From Psilocybe cubensis (taxonomy: Eukaryota), in contig CM039001.1 of the NCBI GenBank assembly GCA_017499595.2, positions 3,596,001 through 3,660,000 on the forward strand: DNA of 64,000 nt. The letters run 5' to 3'. Under the pieces are notes generated by a model. It was not told the origin of the DNA, made no database searches, and saw only the letters and a program-made list of their open reading frames with translations. How positions within the stretch are numbered: position 1 is the stretch's first letter; each line of letters starts with the position of its first letter. A program made the position numbers and the translations under genes. Of the stretch, positions 1 through 12,734 are shown piece after piece.

Positions 1-1806
1 AAACAATGTCAGTAAGCACCTGACAGTCAACGAATCAAGTGAAACCACATACTGTATAATTAAATGTGATATTTTAATACGTTCCACCCTCTGGTTACAA
101 GCTTCCAGCTCAACGTCTGCAAAGCCGTCGGGGGTAGTGCTTTTAACGATGCCATAGTACCCCTTGAATGTATTATTCCCGACAACGATGACACTCAAAC
201 CTATATAGACGTCGTTGTGGTCTCTTTCTCCAAGCTTTGACGAATGACGCTTTCGCGGGCGAAGAGTAGCATGGGCAGGGGGGACGTAGAATATGACTGT
301 GTGGATGGGCACAATGACCTGAAAAATGTGTTGAACACTACTGAGACAAAGAGAATGACAGTTCACCTACTTCGCGTTCGTGCTCTGGGGCGATAATACA
401 AACAGATCTTCCATCAAAGTCTGACACCCATCCATGGAGATCTTTGTGATCCCCTTCAACGACTTCAACACTATCGCCTATCTGGAAAGCTGCACGTAGA
501 TCGTGTAGTGCAACTGCTTGTGTTATACCTTGGGAGGGGATGTGCACTTCCACCTCAGCGTCAGAAACACTCTTGACCGTTCCAAAAAGACCTAAGTATT
601 CTCCACCAATAATTTTGACTCGATCATATCGTTTCAGTCGAGTCATGGAGATGGCTTTCGAGGCTTGCGCTAAGGTCTCCGTCGTTACAAATGGACACTC
701 GCGAAATTGCTCCAACTCGGACGATGTTGGGAGGACATTGGAAAGATATTTGAGATCGATGGCGTCGAAATCCGTGATAATAAATCCATCCTGGAATATC
801 CTGTCGAGGTGCGATTTCTTGATGTTGTCCGGAGGTCTGGGGATAAGAACAACACTTTTCCAACCCTGGAATGTGAACACAAGGCCGGTAGCATTTGCGT
901 AGGTCGTCCAAGCCTTACGCTTTCCAGCAACCTTGACCCACGATTGGTCTTCAGGGCGTGAGGGTGGGGGATGAGATAGGATCTCCATACATCTCTCCGA
1001 GGATAGCCTAACTAAATGTGTCGGATTAAGCTCTCTAACGAGGCAGGCTAACGTATGCGCATGTTGCATTGATGGCGCCTCGACGTAGATTCTCCCAGGA
1101 ATTGAGGATTGAGCGAAGACAGACCGGGCAAGGATGATGGGAAATGTAGGGTTCGTTGACATCTGCATAATTTTGAAAGCGACGGCCTCTTCGCGTCCAA
1201 CCTATCACTCGTAAGGTGATCAATAAATGCTGACTGAAGACTTATATTATTTTTGCGTACCTTGCAACCTATTTCATACATGATATCAGTCGCGGAAGGC
1301 ATATAATTATTATCACCAAGTCCTCCTGGTTGGGGATTGCCATATTTCTGTATAAGTTCTCGTGAACTAGATGGCTCTATATCATTGTCAGGACGAATTT
1401 TCATGCGTGAAGGCAGAAGCATGGGCAACAAATCGCTCCATTCATCAGTGTTATCTGTATTTTGCATGGCATGATATAGCCGAGAGTGTGCAACACGTTC
1501 CTCATCCTCAGAGTATTCATCGTTATCATTCACTGTATGTCAGAACCCATTAGCATCAGTACATATTGAGCAGAATATATGTAAATTATTGGAACATACG
1601 TAGTTGGCCCCCTTCATAATCAAGCTCTTCCGAACTTTCATCATCATCGGAAACCGCTGCTTCAATGTCTATGAAGGGATTAATGTCCTGATTTTTTGAG
1701 ATCATAATTAAATTTCCCTGAAGTTAGTGATTAGATGGAGGGTTGGATTAGTACACACTGTGCGGTTGCCTAGGCTGTCAAGTCGTCTGCGTTTATAACT
1801 AGACAT
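1..1806 (-). CDS. Spt5-like protein (acidic N-terminus, NGN domain, several KOW motifs); multi-exon, runs off the left edge
   Basis: Predicted start MSSYKRRRL (ATG at 1806), then INPFIDIEAAVSDDDESSEE (resembles the Spt5 N-terminal FIDxEA motif), NGN-like SIPGRIYVEA, and KOW-like LKRYDRVKIIGGEYLGLFGTVKSV, FQIGDSVEVVEGDHKDLHGWV and VYIGLSVIVVGNNTFKGYYGIVK. It is too divergent to be the housekeeping SPT5. Confidence 0.75.
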
Positions 1807-1946
1807 TGTGGGTCTTAAAGACTGTTAATCGATGTTCATCTCACTTAATTTATCATCTTAACTTGTGATAATTTATTTTTAGATACTACACAACCTATTA
1901 CTATGATAAGACACTATGATGAACGGAAAGAGAAAACATATGGTGA

Positions 1947-2141
1947 GAAACACGCTATTTCCGGAGCGATTCTTTAGGGTAGGTTTCCCGTCCTGAAGTC
2001 ACGAGTTGGTTAAAAAAACGCCCCCTTACATCAGCCGCATCACGGTGATGCGGCTGATGTAAGGGGGCGTTTTTTTAACCAACTCGTGACTTCAGGACGG
2101 GAAACCTACCCTAAAGAATCGCTCCGGAAATAGCGTGTTTC
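1947..2141. repeat. Perfect palindrome: 97-bp arms around a 1-nt spacer (G2044), with imperfect outer arms extending to about 1914-2174
   Basis: GAAACACGCTATTTCCGG...CAGCCGCATCAC-G-GTGATGCGGCTG...CCGGAAATAGCGTGTTTC; outer CTATGATGAACGGAAAGAGAAAACA pairs imperfectly with TGTTTTTCTTTCCGTTTGTCATAG. Confidence 0.97.
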
Positions 2142-2317
2142 CAACTTGATTGTTTTTCTTTCCGTTTGTCATAGCGTAGTACCCCTCCCCATAGATTTAA
2201 CATACATTCTAATAAAATAGACATAGACAATACTCTAGACACTCTATAATAGTTTTCGTTCAGTTAAAATTCATCTAGTTGAAAATTTGAGACACCAGAA
2301 AAAAACACACAAAAAAA

Positions 2318-5300
2318 AGTAAGTACCCAAAGAAATAGAATGCAGGGTGAGACGTTGAAGTTTTGTAGTGCAAGCCCAGAAGATTTCCCCCGTTGCCCGA
2401 CTCCAAGCTGAAGAAATTCTGGCGTTTCCCTTCGAAACGCAGGTCGTTCGTCAGACTCTGGAAAACATGTTGCCAGAGTCGCACCCACTCCGCGTAGGTC
2501 TTAATTGGATTGCCATTTATGGTACTAATATCAAGTTTCTGTAGAGGATGGTGGATTTCCTCCGACGATATGAGGACTTCACCTTTTTGAATTACGATGT
2601 TTCATCATCGAGCATGCGAGCGGCCATCAAGTATAGGCAAAGCTTGGCTGCCCTTCAGAACAGCATCGTAGAGACACCCTGCGTAACCTCGGCTACATGG
2701 GAGCAGGCGGGTAGCTTATTTGCAGCATACCGTCTACTCGATCTCGTAGCGTTGTGGCCAGCAGCCTTTGGACCATCGTTGCCGGTGACCGTGCCCCTGA
2801 ATGAAATACAGGCCAGCACAGGAACTAAGGAAATATTTTCACGGTTCAAGGTATGCGATCATGAAGTCACTCAATGTTAATTCTTAATTTTCAAACAATT
2901 ATTGTAGCTTGTAGATGACTTGAAGGACTGGCCGGCAATGCTCTGCTCTGCCAGGAAGCGCATCCTCAGAGCCGACTCTAAGTCGCACAGAAACATCAAC
3001 ACCCCTTCTATCAGTGACACGCCGTCATCCGCTTTCACCCAGGGCGGGCCCTCGGAATCAACGCTATTACTCTGTCTGGCGCGTAACCACTTCAAGGGTG
3101 TTGTGGGGAAAATAATCGGGAATGTGTACTGCGCCTCGCTACACTACCAAATCTTGTCAGGAATGCGCGGTATGAAGGACGATGAACACATTCTACCAGA
3201 CATTCCAACGGACACGGCTACTCTTGCAAATCTCTAGTAAGTTTTCTTTCCTCTATTCATTGATACAATCTGCTCAACATACCCTAGTGCAAGCGGCCAT
3301 CCTGATGCTGCGTTGTTCCTCTCAGAGGTCACGCCATCTCATTTAAAAATTCCTCTGCATGTCGCCCTTTTCATATCCCCCATCCTTCTTTTTGTGAATA
3401 AATCTTGGTATTCTAAGAAATGTGACCGGGAGCAGCTGCTTAAAGTAGGTGTATCCACATCCTCCCAGTTTAACTTGGATTAACGCACTCCTTTAGGCCT
3501 CAAAAGCGCTCGGTAATTGTCGCCCCCGTGTTCTGCGTGAAGTGGAGATGGAAATTTGGAAAATCATTGCAGCGCAAAATTGCGACATCCAGTCAGCCTT
3601 ATATAAACTTGTTATCTCAGACTGCTGGATGGAATGCGAGCGGGTAATTGCACAAGATCCCGCGTTTCACTTTTTCATATGTGTGTTCTACGTACTGTAA
3701 CAAAATAACAATTTAAACTAATAATTGGCCAGCGTCAACGAGCAGCGCCGAGGTTACAGCAAATTCTAACCTAGCAAGGCGCAGCACTGAACCACACGGT
3801 AAGTTATAAGCAAAGTCTGCGTCAATTACATGATTTAAATCCGTTTAAAACAGCTCAACTTCAGACCGTTTCCCATCATGGTGAAAAAACCACCTGTGAA
3901 GGGTCCGACGCAGACGCGGAGGGTGACGATGATCACGAAGTGGACACGACGGAAATGGTCAGCATGGGTCAACGGGAGAACGGGGACAATACGGTCCCTA
4001 CCTCAAATATACAGCCTCCGGAAGACACGTCTTCAGTGGCTGGCAAGGATGTCAGCATGGGTCAACAGGAGAACGGGGACAATACGGTCCCTACCTCAGA
4101 TATACAGCCTCCGGAAGACACATCTTCGGTGGCTGGCAAGGATGTGCCCACGGACGAGCAACCTGGTTTGCCGCGGAGTGATGATATTGGATCTGGTCTA
4201 CTTCAGACTGAGAATACTGGGCCCTCAACTGCAGGGGATTGTGAGATGAACGTCGATCCGGAGCAAGCTGATGTCGACCATCAAATGGAGGATGGTCCAC
4301 ATACCAATGGTCCAGAAAATTTGGGAGACGGCGGGGCTGGACAAGGAGCTGAAGGGTCTTCTGACGAGGCAAATCGTATGTCGGAAGTTCACGAGGGCGA
4401 AAAGCAGGGGCAAGACGGAGAACGACCCGACAAGGAGAACCGAATGTCAGAAGATGGTGAGGAGGAAAGGCCAGACGACAGTTCGTCGGACAATGAGACC
4501 GAGAAGCAGGGGCAAGGGGATGTTCCACCAGTCCAGGAGGACAGAATGTCGGTCGATGGAGAGGGGGTAGGCCCAGAGCAAAACAATGATTCCTCAGACA
4601 TGGAGAGGAATACATTGGAAGACAGCCAAGGCGAAAAGGAGGGGGAGAACGCACCTCCTGCTCCTCTTATTTTGAGGATTCCTCCTGTTTCCCAGATAAA
4701 CAGGAGCAAAAACACCACGGCTGACTCCTCTCAGAAAGGGAAAGGGAAGGGCCGGCAGAGCCTTTCCAAGCGGCCTCCCAAACGCAAGCCGACGCAGGCT
4801 ACCGACACATTTGATTCGGACGACGACCTGTGTATTGATGTCGATCTGTACGACAGCAACACCACCCTTGATGTCGTCAGCACTCCGGAGAAGGTGTATG
4901 GCACCAAAGTTTGGTCCACCTACAACGGTCGTGGCCAACTTAAAAGTTTCTGCGTTGTTGCCCATGTAAGTCATTCTCGATATTGATTTTTTCGTCATTT
5001 ATTTATTCTCCAAACAAGAGTCAAGCCGACGTGGATCGTGTTGAAAGGGTTCTGGAATTGGTCGAGAGTGACTACGTCGATGGAGTTCCATTGCACATAG
5101 CACGTCCCGAAGAATCATGTTTTGCGGTATTCGACCGCAGCACCACGAAATCCATGTATCTGATGGAGTCTTTCTCTGAAAGGAACGTCGTCCTTATGTC
5201 TCCTTCTCAAGAGGAGTCTATTTCAACTTGCTCCGACGAGTTCTACAGCCAGGTACGTCGCCATATGGGTGATATGACGAGCACCAGGTCAATCCAAGGT

Positions 5301-7030
5301 GTGTTTCCTCTTCGATGTTTTGATTTTTCTTTCTGCGTCTCATGCTAATGGCCGTAACAGATATGTCGACCATGTCGTCTAACCCCATCGAGAGGATTAA
5401 GCGTGGGTCCCTCTCTCAGGTCATGGAAGCAGCGAGGATGAAAGGCAAAAGAGGAAAGATCCTCAATGCCCTCGACATCCCTTTACCTCATGCAGGCGCT
5501 CACTCTTTTGACTTGAGTACTGAGGCGGCTGCTCTTCGGGCTACATCTGGTAGCTGGAAGTATAGTACCCCCGTCCCATTTGGTGATATGTCGTGGGGAC
5601 TCATAGCTACAGAGGGGGCATTTTCAGATATCCATATCGATGCCAATGGTTTCTGTTCCTTCATCCAACCTCTTCATGGACTGAAGCTGTGGATTATCAT
5701 GTATCCCAGACGGTTGGATGTTGACCTTTCTTCTGACCGCCGTGTATTTCTGGGAGACAAGCTGGATTACGGGGAAACGCACCACCAAGACTGAATTTAC
5801 GAGGCGATTGTTCTCGATAACCAGTCAGAACTGTATATGATTTTTGAATGTCCTACCCATTTGATTATATTGACGCTACTTTGAAAAACAGCTTCATGAG
5901 ACCGAATACTCTACATATGGCGTATTCTATCTCCTCAGTGGTTTGCCGTGGCGGACATTTTTACTCCTCCACTTCCTTCGAAGAAACCCTGACAGGAATC
6001 ATTCACTGTTTTACCGCTGGATACAGGGCAACGAATACGAATCATTCAACGTCCCGATTTTTCCTGCAGCAAACCATACATTGGTTCTACAAGGTTTTGG
6101 TTGAAGGTGACAGCGACCCAGAAGGTATGAGGTTTTTTACCGTTTCCTACAAGATATCTGATTCTTTTCTTCTATTTTCTCTCAGATTTTTATGAAATGT
6201 ACCATGTCCCATTCTACAGTACGCAGTCCGGATACTCGAGCTTGATAGCTCTGTGCGTGTGCATGATCTTGGCAAATGCGCTCGACTACGAGACCTATCG
6301 AAATCCCGATCAGATGTTCTCCACCAAGACTTCGGCACAGTTAGACGCATGGATGCGGTGGAATACCAACAGCCTGAGCGACGAAGAGCGCAAGGCGTGC
6401 ATCTTTGCCCGTGGCGAAGCCTTGGCTATTCTAGAGTGGCTATGTCATCGCACGAAGTCCATCCACTACATGATTGAGACGGACAAAAACAAGGATGCAC
6501 AAAATATCATGGCGACAGAAAAGTTCCATGAAATGATACTTTGCCGCTATGCCCGTATGATTCTAGCCTACGACGCAGAAGCCAAACATAACAACATTGG
6601 TGGTGCCCCTTGCTGTACCGACACCAGTTTGCTTTTTGTCCAGCTTCAGGGCGTCTGCAGCGGAGAATTGAACAAGGTTATATGTCGCAGTATCGACCAG
6701 CTTCCTCGTTCCTCGGTCCCAAAGATGCTCAAGTTACCCGTAATCACTCTCATTGACTGTGATGCCTGTGCGGATTCCTCAACGCAATTGAGTAGGTGGA
6801 CCAGTGTCTGCCTTTGGATATTCACTAACCACGTCACAAACTAGGAACTCCCAAGGAGATTCTGGAACTTGGTACGAGTGTGAGGGATAAACTGTATCTG
6901 GATGGCATGAAAGTCAAGCTGGAGAGCACAAATCCGAGTACGTGTGTTCGATTATGCCTTTACGTCGCAAATGCTTATCTCTTCATCAGAATCAGAGTCT
7001 GTTCCGCCTTCTAAACGACGGCGACTTTGA
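2318..7030 (+). pseudogene. Large multi-exon JmjC-domain (2OG-Fe(II) dioxygenase-like) gene with one in-frame premature stop
   Basis: JmjC motifs WGLIATEGAFSDIHIDANGFCSFIQPLHGLKLWII (HxD) and LFMRPNTLHMAYSISSVVCRGGHFYS (distal His). TGA at 5792-5794 sits in-frame before IYEAIVLDNQSEL, which splices in frame to FMRPN. Acidic low-complexity middle (3940-4965); C-terminal PSKRRRL. The start and the joining of the upstream exons are inferred. Confidence 0.7.
3958..4143 (+). repeat. 93-bp coding tandem repeat, 2 copies (31 aa VSMGQxENGDNTVPTSxIQPPEDTSSVAGKD)
   Basis: Direct repeat starting at 3958 and 4051, visible in ORF 3940..4986. Confidence 0.95.
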
Positions 7031-7083
7031 TATTGTACAACACATTGACACACATCTTGATTTACATACATGCCATGTTTTAT

Positions 7084-7422
7084 TTAGTACTGAAAGGCGT
7101 GTATGTCCTGTAACATAATGACGATTGTTTTATTATCTGTAGTTGTGTGCTGCTCGTATCGCCAGACCAATACGCAAATTCTCGCTGGGATGAAAGCTTC
7201 TGGCTTTACTGTAACTGCTGTGCGTTTGAATTTATCATCAAGGTCAATGAAATCAACTAACTTACGTTTGTTGATGCTTCTTCCACCCACTTCAAAAAAT
7301 GTGTTAGTGTCTTTGTTCTGGTGCGTATATACAGTAAAGCTCTTCCGAAGCCCTCCTTGGATTGTACTACGGATTGGTTGAATACTAACCCATGTGAAAT
7401 TTGTTTGTATTAACGGAGACAT
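7084..7422 (-). CDS. Small (112 aa) beta-rich hypothetical protein
   Basis: Uninterrupted ATG-initiated ORF (MSPLIQTNFTWVSIQPIR...DNKTIVIMLQDIHAFQY) filling the gap between the JmjC and transposase genes; alternating hydrophobic pattern; family not recognised. Confidence 0.4.
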   Translation of the reverse strand: MSPLIQTNFTWVSIQPIRSTIQGGLRKSFTVYTHQNKDTNTFFEVGGRSINKRKLVDFIDLDDKFKRTAVTVKPEAFIPARICVLVWRYEQHTTTDNKTIVIMLQDIHAFQY

Positions 7423-7501
7423 AATCAGATAACATTTATAGACCCACTGCACGTTACTAAACATTACATTATCAGTTTTTTTTTCGTATCTTCGCTTTTG
7501 T

Positions 7502-10500
7502 ATGAGTCGTTGTTTCAACATGGGAAAGGGCAAGGGCAAGAGAACTCAGGAAATCTGTGTGCGTTGTCCTCGATGCAACAAGCCATTCGCTAAGCATGCA
7601 GATGTCCAAAATCACATCAATCAACCAAAATCGGCATGTCGTTTTCAATATGAGAACGTTATGCATTTTCAGTCCAATCGTTCAAGCTCTACATCTAAAT
7701 CAGCAACCCCCGTATCTCGAGACCCTTCTCCCGAAATTGGTAATTTTATGGAAGTGGACTATATCGACAATTTTCTTGGCGCGTCATCAGAGATGGAAGA
7801 TGACCCACCCCCCAAGGCATCAAAATACAACTATCCGTACGTGAAGGAGGATTATAACGGGGCTGGAAGAGCATTTGGAACAGGCCTTACATTCATGGAT
7901 CAGCTCAAACAGGATCAATTCGAACCCCAGCGGGCGGAAAATTTGTACTATCCTTTTGCCTCGAAAGATGAATGGGAGCTCTCCCTGTTCCTACTTCGCT
8001 CTGACATGAGCGTAGGAATGCTGAATGATTTTTTGAAACTTGAACTGGTAATTGAGCGTACATTCCCATCATTATTTATTTCAGCTGAGTCGATCCCGTA
8101 TAGATAAAAAAACTCAACTTGTCCTACAAGTCGGCAAAAGATCTACGCAACCGGGCAGAGATCCTTCCCTCTGGTCCGCAGTGGAAGAGTCAAACGATCA
8201 TACCAGAAATACCAAGCAAAAATCAGCTAACGCTTTTTTACCGCGATGGATTGGAATGTATCAAGGCGCTTCTCATCAGTCCCTTGCTCCAAGATAGCAT
8301 GCACTTTAGCCCATTCAAGCTCTTCGACAAGTGCAACGAGATGATGCGGGTATACACTGAGTGGTTTAGCGGTGACATTGCGCATTTTATGCAGGTTAGT
8401 AGCAATGCCTTTGTCCAAGTTTGACGACAGTATAACAAGGTTCCCAAGGACCAGCTCCCAAAAGGAGCAACACTTGTACCTCCTATTATTTCCACGGATA
8501 AAACCAACATTTCCAACATGACCGGAGGCCGTGTCGCCTACCCTGGCCTTATCAGCATTGCCAACATAATGATGAACGTTAGAAACAAATCGTCAAATCA
8601 TTTATTCCTTCTTTTTGTTCTTCTTCCCATACCAAAGTTTCTTCATCGCTCCAAAGCTGTGAATGGGATGATGGCAGCACGGCTATATCACCAGTGCATG
8701 GACATTGCTCTAGAATCGGTCAAACAAACTGCGAGGGTGGGAACCACCATGGCAGATGCATTGGGGAATAATTGTTTCTGCTTTACACCGCTTGCTGCCC
8801 TTATCGTTGATACTCCAGAATCTGCTCTGGCGGCTTGCGTCGCAGGATCCACATCCTCTGTGACGTTGGCACAATACGAGACGTTTGGGGATTCCTTTCG
8901 CCACCCTTCCCGAACTGCAGATCATACAATCAACACCATCATGGCCATCAACAATGTTAAGCCCCCTAATCATCTCGAACCATATCTAAAAGAAAGCAAA
9001 AAGCACCGTCTCAATGGGGTTCACCTACCGTTTTGGAGAGATTGGCCCTTGTCTGATCCTTCTGCATTCCTTACGCCTGAACCCCTTCATCACTGGCACA
9101 AGATGTTCTGGGATCATGATGCAAAATGGTGCATTGCTGCAGTCGGAGGTTCCGAATTGGATTTTCGATTTTCGATTTTACAGCACCGCACTGGTTTCCG
9201 ACACTTCAAGGAAGGGATTTCTTCCTTGAAACAAGTGACCGGTAGGGAACATCGGGACGTTCAGCGATACATTGTTGCTCTCATTGCAGACACAGTCAGT
9301 ACACCCTTTATCTTAGCCATCCGGTCTCTGATGGACTTTCGGTATCTCGCACAATCTCAAACAATCTCCGAGGCAATGTGTCTCAGAATTGAGCAGGCAC
9401 TGCAAGATTTCCATGCCAATAAACAAGCCATCCTTGACGCGGGAGCACGTCGAGGTAAAAAAAACAACCCAATCGATAATTTCTATATTCCAAAACTCGA
9501 GTTTTTGCAAAGTGTAGTACACGCAATTAGACTAAATGGATGTGCAATCCAATGGTCTGCAGACACAACAGAGCATGCACATATCGAGGTGGTCAAAGCC
9601 CCTTCCAGTTCCAGCAATAATCAAAGATACGAGCCTCAAGTTTGTCGATACCTTGATCGTCGTGACAAATTGCGCAATTTCGATTTGTTTACAGCTATAC
9701 GAGAAATGAGGATTGATTTTCGGGCTATACACTCTGCAACAATTACGGATGAGGAGGAGCAGGAGGAGGGGGATGAGGGGGAGGAAAACGGCGAGGTTGT
9801 GATGGACACAACGTCAGAACTTCTTTCAACAATCATGCCGATGACAACCTTTCAATCAGCAAAGTCCAATCGCATTGTGGATTACTTCTACAAAGCTAGT
9901 CTCTATGAGCGTGGCGTATTGGAAGGCCCAGTCCCCTACAGAACATTTTCTTGCAGCAAAAACGTTGTTGCCCATTTATCTAGGGATGCTAGTTCCAAAA
10001 GATTGCATATCGACGAGGTTGCGAGCATTTTTAAAATTCCCGACCTACGACCAGCAATTGCCGATTATGTGTCACTCATCAATAAGGAATCAAATCCGAG
10101 ATACACCAATTCTCGAGGTTATCACATCAAGGGGATAACTGGCAGGCGTGTTTCTCCTCCCGGTTGTCCGTTGCCGTATTCAAAACTTGAGGTATGGCAT
10201 AAGGTCCGTATACAGTCGACTGCGTACCAATACCCTCATGAGATCCTGGAGGCAGTCACACTTAATGCATATCCGCCATCTAACAAACATCCTTTTGGAT
10301 ACTTCGATTCAGCAATCATAAACGTGGATGAATCTGAGGAGTGGCCTCGCAGCGGGCTTCAAGGTAGTACTTCTTTGTGACTTTTTTCCGAACCCCGTTG
10401 ACCAGCCAATATTGTAGGCCATTCTGTCGTCGACATTCGTATTATTTTTCGCATTGTCGGAGAGACACCCAGTACTGTGTCTCCCGATATTACTGGAAGA

Positions 10501-10806
10501 TTTCTCGCATACGTCCAACGTTTTGAGGTTTTAAATCAGCCACAGTCTCTAGGTTCTGCGATCCGTGGACCTTACCCAGAGCCAATAACCGGCATGTATA
10601 AATTAAAACGAAGTCAACGTACAGATAACACCATTATGGGTGGAATTTTACCATTGAATCAAATACGCTCCCTGGTTGATCTGGTCCCTCAGATGGGCGA
10701 GAAGGCAAGGCAAAGCCTTACTACACATAACAGTCATTCCACTAGCACCGAGTTCCGATTAAACAAATATTTTGACAAAGAACTCTATTTGGCCCTGTCA
10801 TCATAA
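7502..10806 (+). CDS. Plavaka-type transposase with an N-terminal C2H2-like zinc finger (about 4 exons)
   Basis: CPRCNKPFAKHADVQNHINQPKSAC finger; YYPFASKDEWEL, LFYRDGLECIKAL, ISTDKTNISNMTGGRVAYP, PLAALIVDTPES, PEPLHHWHKMFWDHDAKWC, GFRHFKEGISSLKQVTGREHRDVQR, WSADTTEHAHIEVVK and C-terminal FRLNKYFDKELY are characteristic of basidiomycete Plavaka proteins. No stop seen in the predicted exons. The start may be 7502 or 7520. Confidence 0.88.
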
Positions 10807-10846
10807 CATATCCACCTCAGGAAACCCACAAAGTTTTCAATCCCTA

Positions 10847-11355
10847 ATGCACATTGCCACTCAAATTATCACCCAACACGCCGGCCTCGTTGTACACAAA
10901 GACGACTCGGATCAATATCAACAGCCGCTTCTCACCAGTCCCGCTTTCTCACACTGTATCATCGTCACCTACTGCATATCCCTCCATCCATCTCATCTCT
11001 GCAGAATCAAGTCGTTCTCGCTCATCTTCCGCTCACCACCGCCCAAACTCCAAAGGATTCTTCCCAGAGTGCCTCTTCCTCTAAACAAAAATTCGCCTCC
11101 AGTCTTGTCGGTCCGTCCTGTCCTCAATTAGCGCCCATCTTGCCGGAGATACTCACTTTATTTTTTCAATTCCATTGCAGATTAAGCTGTCAGCACCTTA
11201 TCTGAGATCTGGCGCCCTCAAGACATTCCCTTCCTATTTCTACCCACTGAAGTCCTTTGAGGATTGAGGACATCTGGAAACATACTGCAGACAGCACTAT
11301 GTTATCTCGAAGCCATTCGTCCCAAGGTTTCCAAAATTTGCAAGAGGAAAGCATT
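10847..11355 (+). pseudogene. Degenerate, internally deleted upstream copy of the cyclin-like gene
   Basis: About 10962-11234 is a direct repeat of about 11395-11668, including the intron. GAT CAA has become GAT TAA (11183-11185). 11264-11350 encodes the cyclin-box fragment RTSGNILQTALCYLEAIRPKVSKI. Confidence 0.8.
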
Positions 11356-12490
11356 GGCCTCTCTCCCACAATCCATACCTGCCATGCCTCTGTATCATTA
11401 CCTACTGAATACCCCTCCATCCGTCTCATTTCTGCAGAATCAAGTCGTTCTCACTCATCTATTCCACCCACCATTGCGCAAATTCCAAAGGATTCTTCCC
11501 AGAGCGCCTCTTCTTCTAAACAAAAATTTTTTTCAAGGCTTGCCGGTCCGTCCTGTCCTCAATTAGCGCCCACCTTGCCGGAGATACTCACTTTATTTTT
11601 TAAATTCCATTGCAGATCAAGCTGTCAGCACCTTGTCCGAGATCTGGCACCCTCAGGATATTCCTTCCGTGTTCCTACCCCCCGCCAAAGTAGGGGGTAG
11701 CTCTTTTCCTCCTACTCATTCCCGTCCAACTTCCAAGCAGATCTCTTCCGATTTGCAATCCATAGCGTCTCATACACATCCAATACATCCACACAACAGT
11801 CATCCCTCCGTATCCGGCCATAACCCTTCCCCGACCCTCTTGCTTGCCTCGGGCACCAAATCCGATCAGATATTACCCCTCAAGTCTTTTGTTTATAAAG
11901 TCCTTCGCCACTCAAGGACATCTAAAAACGTACTGCAGATAGCACTATGTTATCTAGAATCCATTCGTCCCAAGGTCCCACAGATTTTGCAAGAGGAAAA
12001 CATCGGCATTCGCTCTTATGCTCAGCCCAAAAGCAGTATTCAGAAAGCTACCCCAGAAGAGCTGGCGATGGATGCTGAGCTTACTGCTCTTGAGAACTCC
12101 GGCAAGATCAACATCATCAATAATTTCATTGACAATTCTATGCAAACATTCCGTGTTGCCGATTCTGGTTCACAAGATCTGGCTGAATCGTGCATCTATC
12201 CACAAGACTCTCTGTCCAGCGTAGATGTGCAGGTCTCAACGGCTCCTCTTTCCACCACCCTTTCTTTGCCATCTCCCCTCCTGTGTCCCCGTAGAGCCTT
12301 TCTGGCATCCCTCATCCTGGCCTCCAAATTTTCACAAGAAAAGTGTTATTCTAACCGTGCTTGGGCAAGGTTATCTGGTCTCCCACCTCGTGAAATTGGT
12401 CGCTGCGAACGTGCCCTCGCACAAGCCTTGCAATGGCGACTCTGGGTCGGCAAATGCGCCTTTGGTGAGAGTGCTGCAACTGCCACATAG
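11299..12490 (+). CDS. Pcl/Pas1/Clg1-type cyclin-box protein (start uncertain; intron 11546-11615)
   Basis: DQAVSTLSEIWHPQDIP, LPLKSFVYKVLRHSRTSKNVLQIALCYLESIRPKV and LLCPRRAFLASLILASKFSQEKCYSNRAWARLSGLPPREIGRCERALAQALQWRLWV match the fungal Pho85-type cyclin box. Confidence 0.82.
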
Positions 12491-12734
12491 TCTCAATAAG
12501 TTTCAACTTTCACGACCGCGCCATGTAGTACGCATTCTCAATAATCACTCTTTTGCTTGCCACCACTACGCGCGCTCCTCCCGCATTCAGTTAGATAGGC
12601 ATCTTCTTAGACTAGCCTAGAAAAATCTATAGAACTTTGTTTTACGTATACAGAACCCCTGAAGAATTTTTATACCCGCGAAGTTTGTTTTCAGCTTGAA
12701 TTCCAACTACGACAAAGTGAGCGTATCACACACC

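Noticed and set aside
1878-2250. Recurrent TAGA(C/T)/CTAT words near gene starts (also about 12590-12635)
   Set aside because: Short AT-rich words; cannot be distinguished from chance by eye.
5342-6124. TET/JBP dioxygenase
   Set aside because: The motif spacing (HxD...G.K.W...P...H...GGHF) fits JmjC, not TET/JBP.
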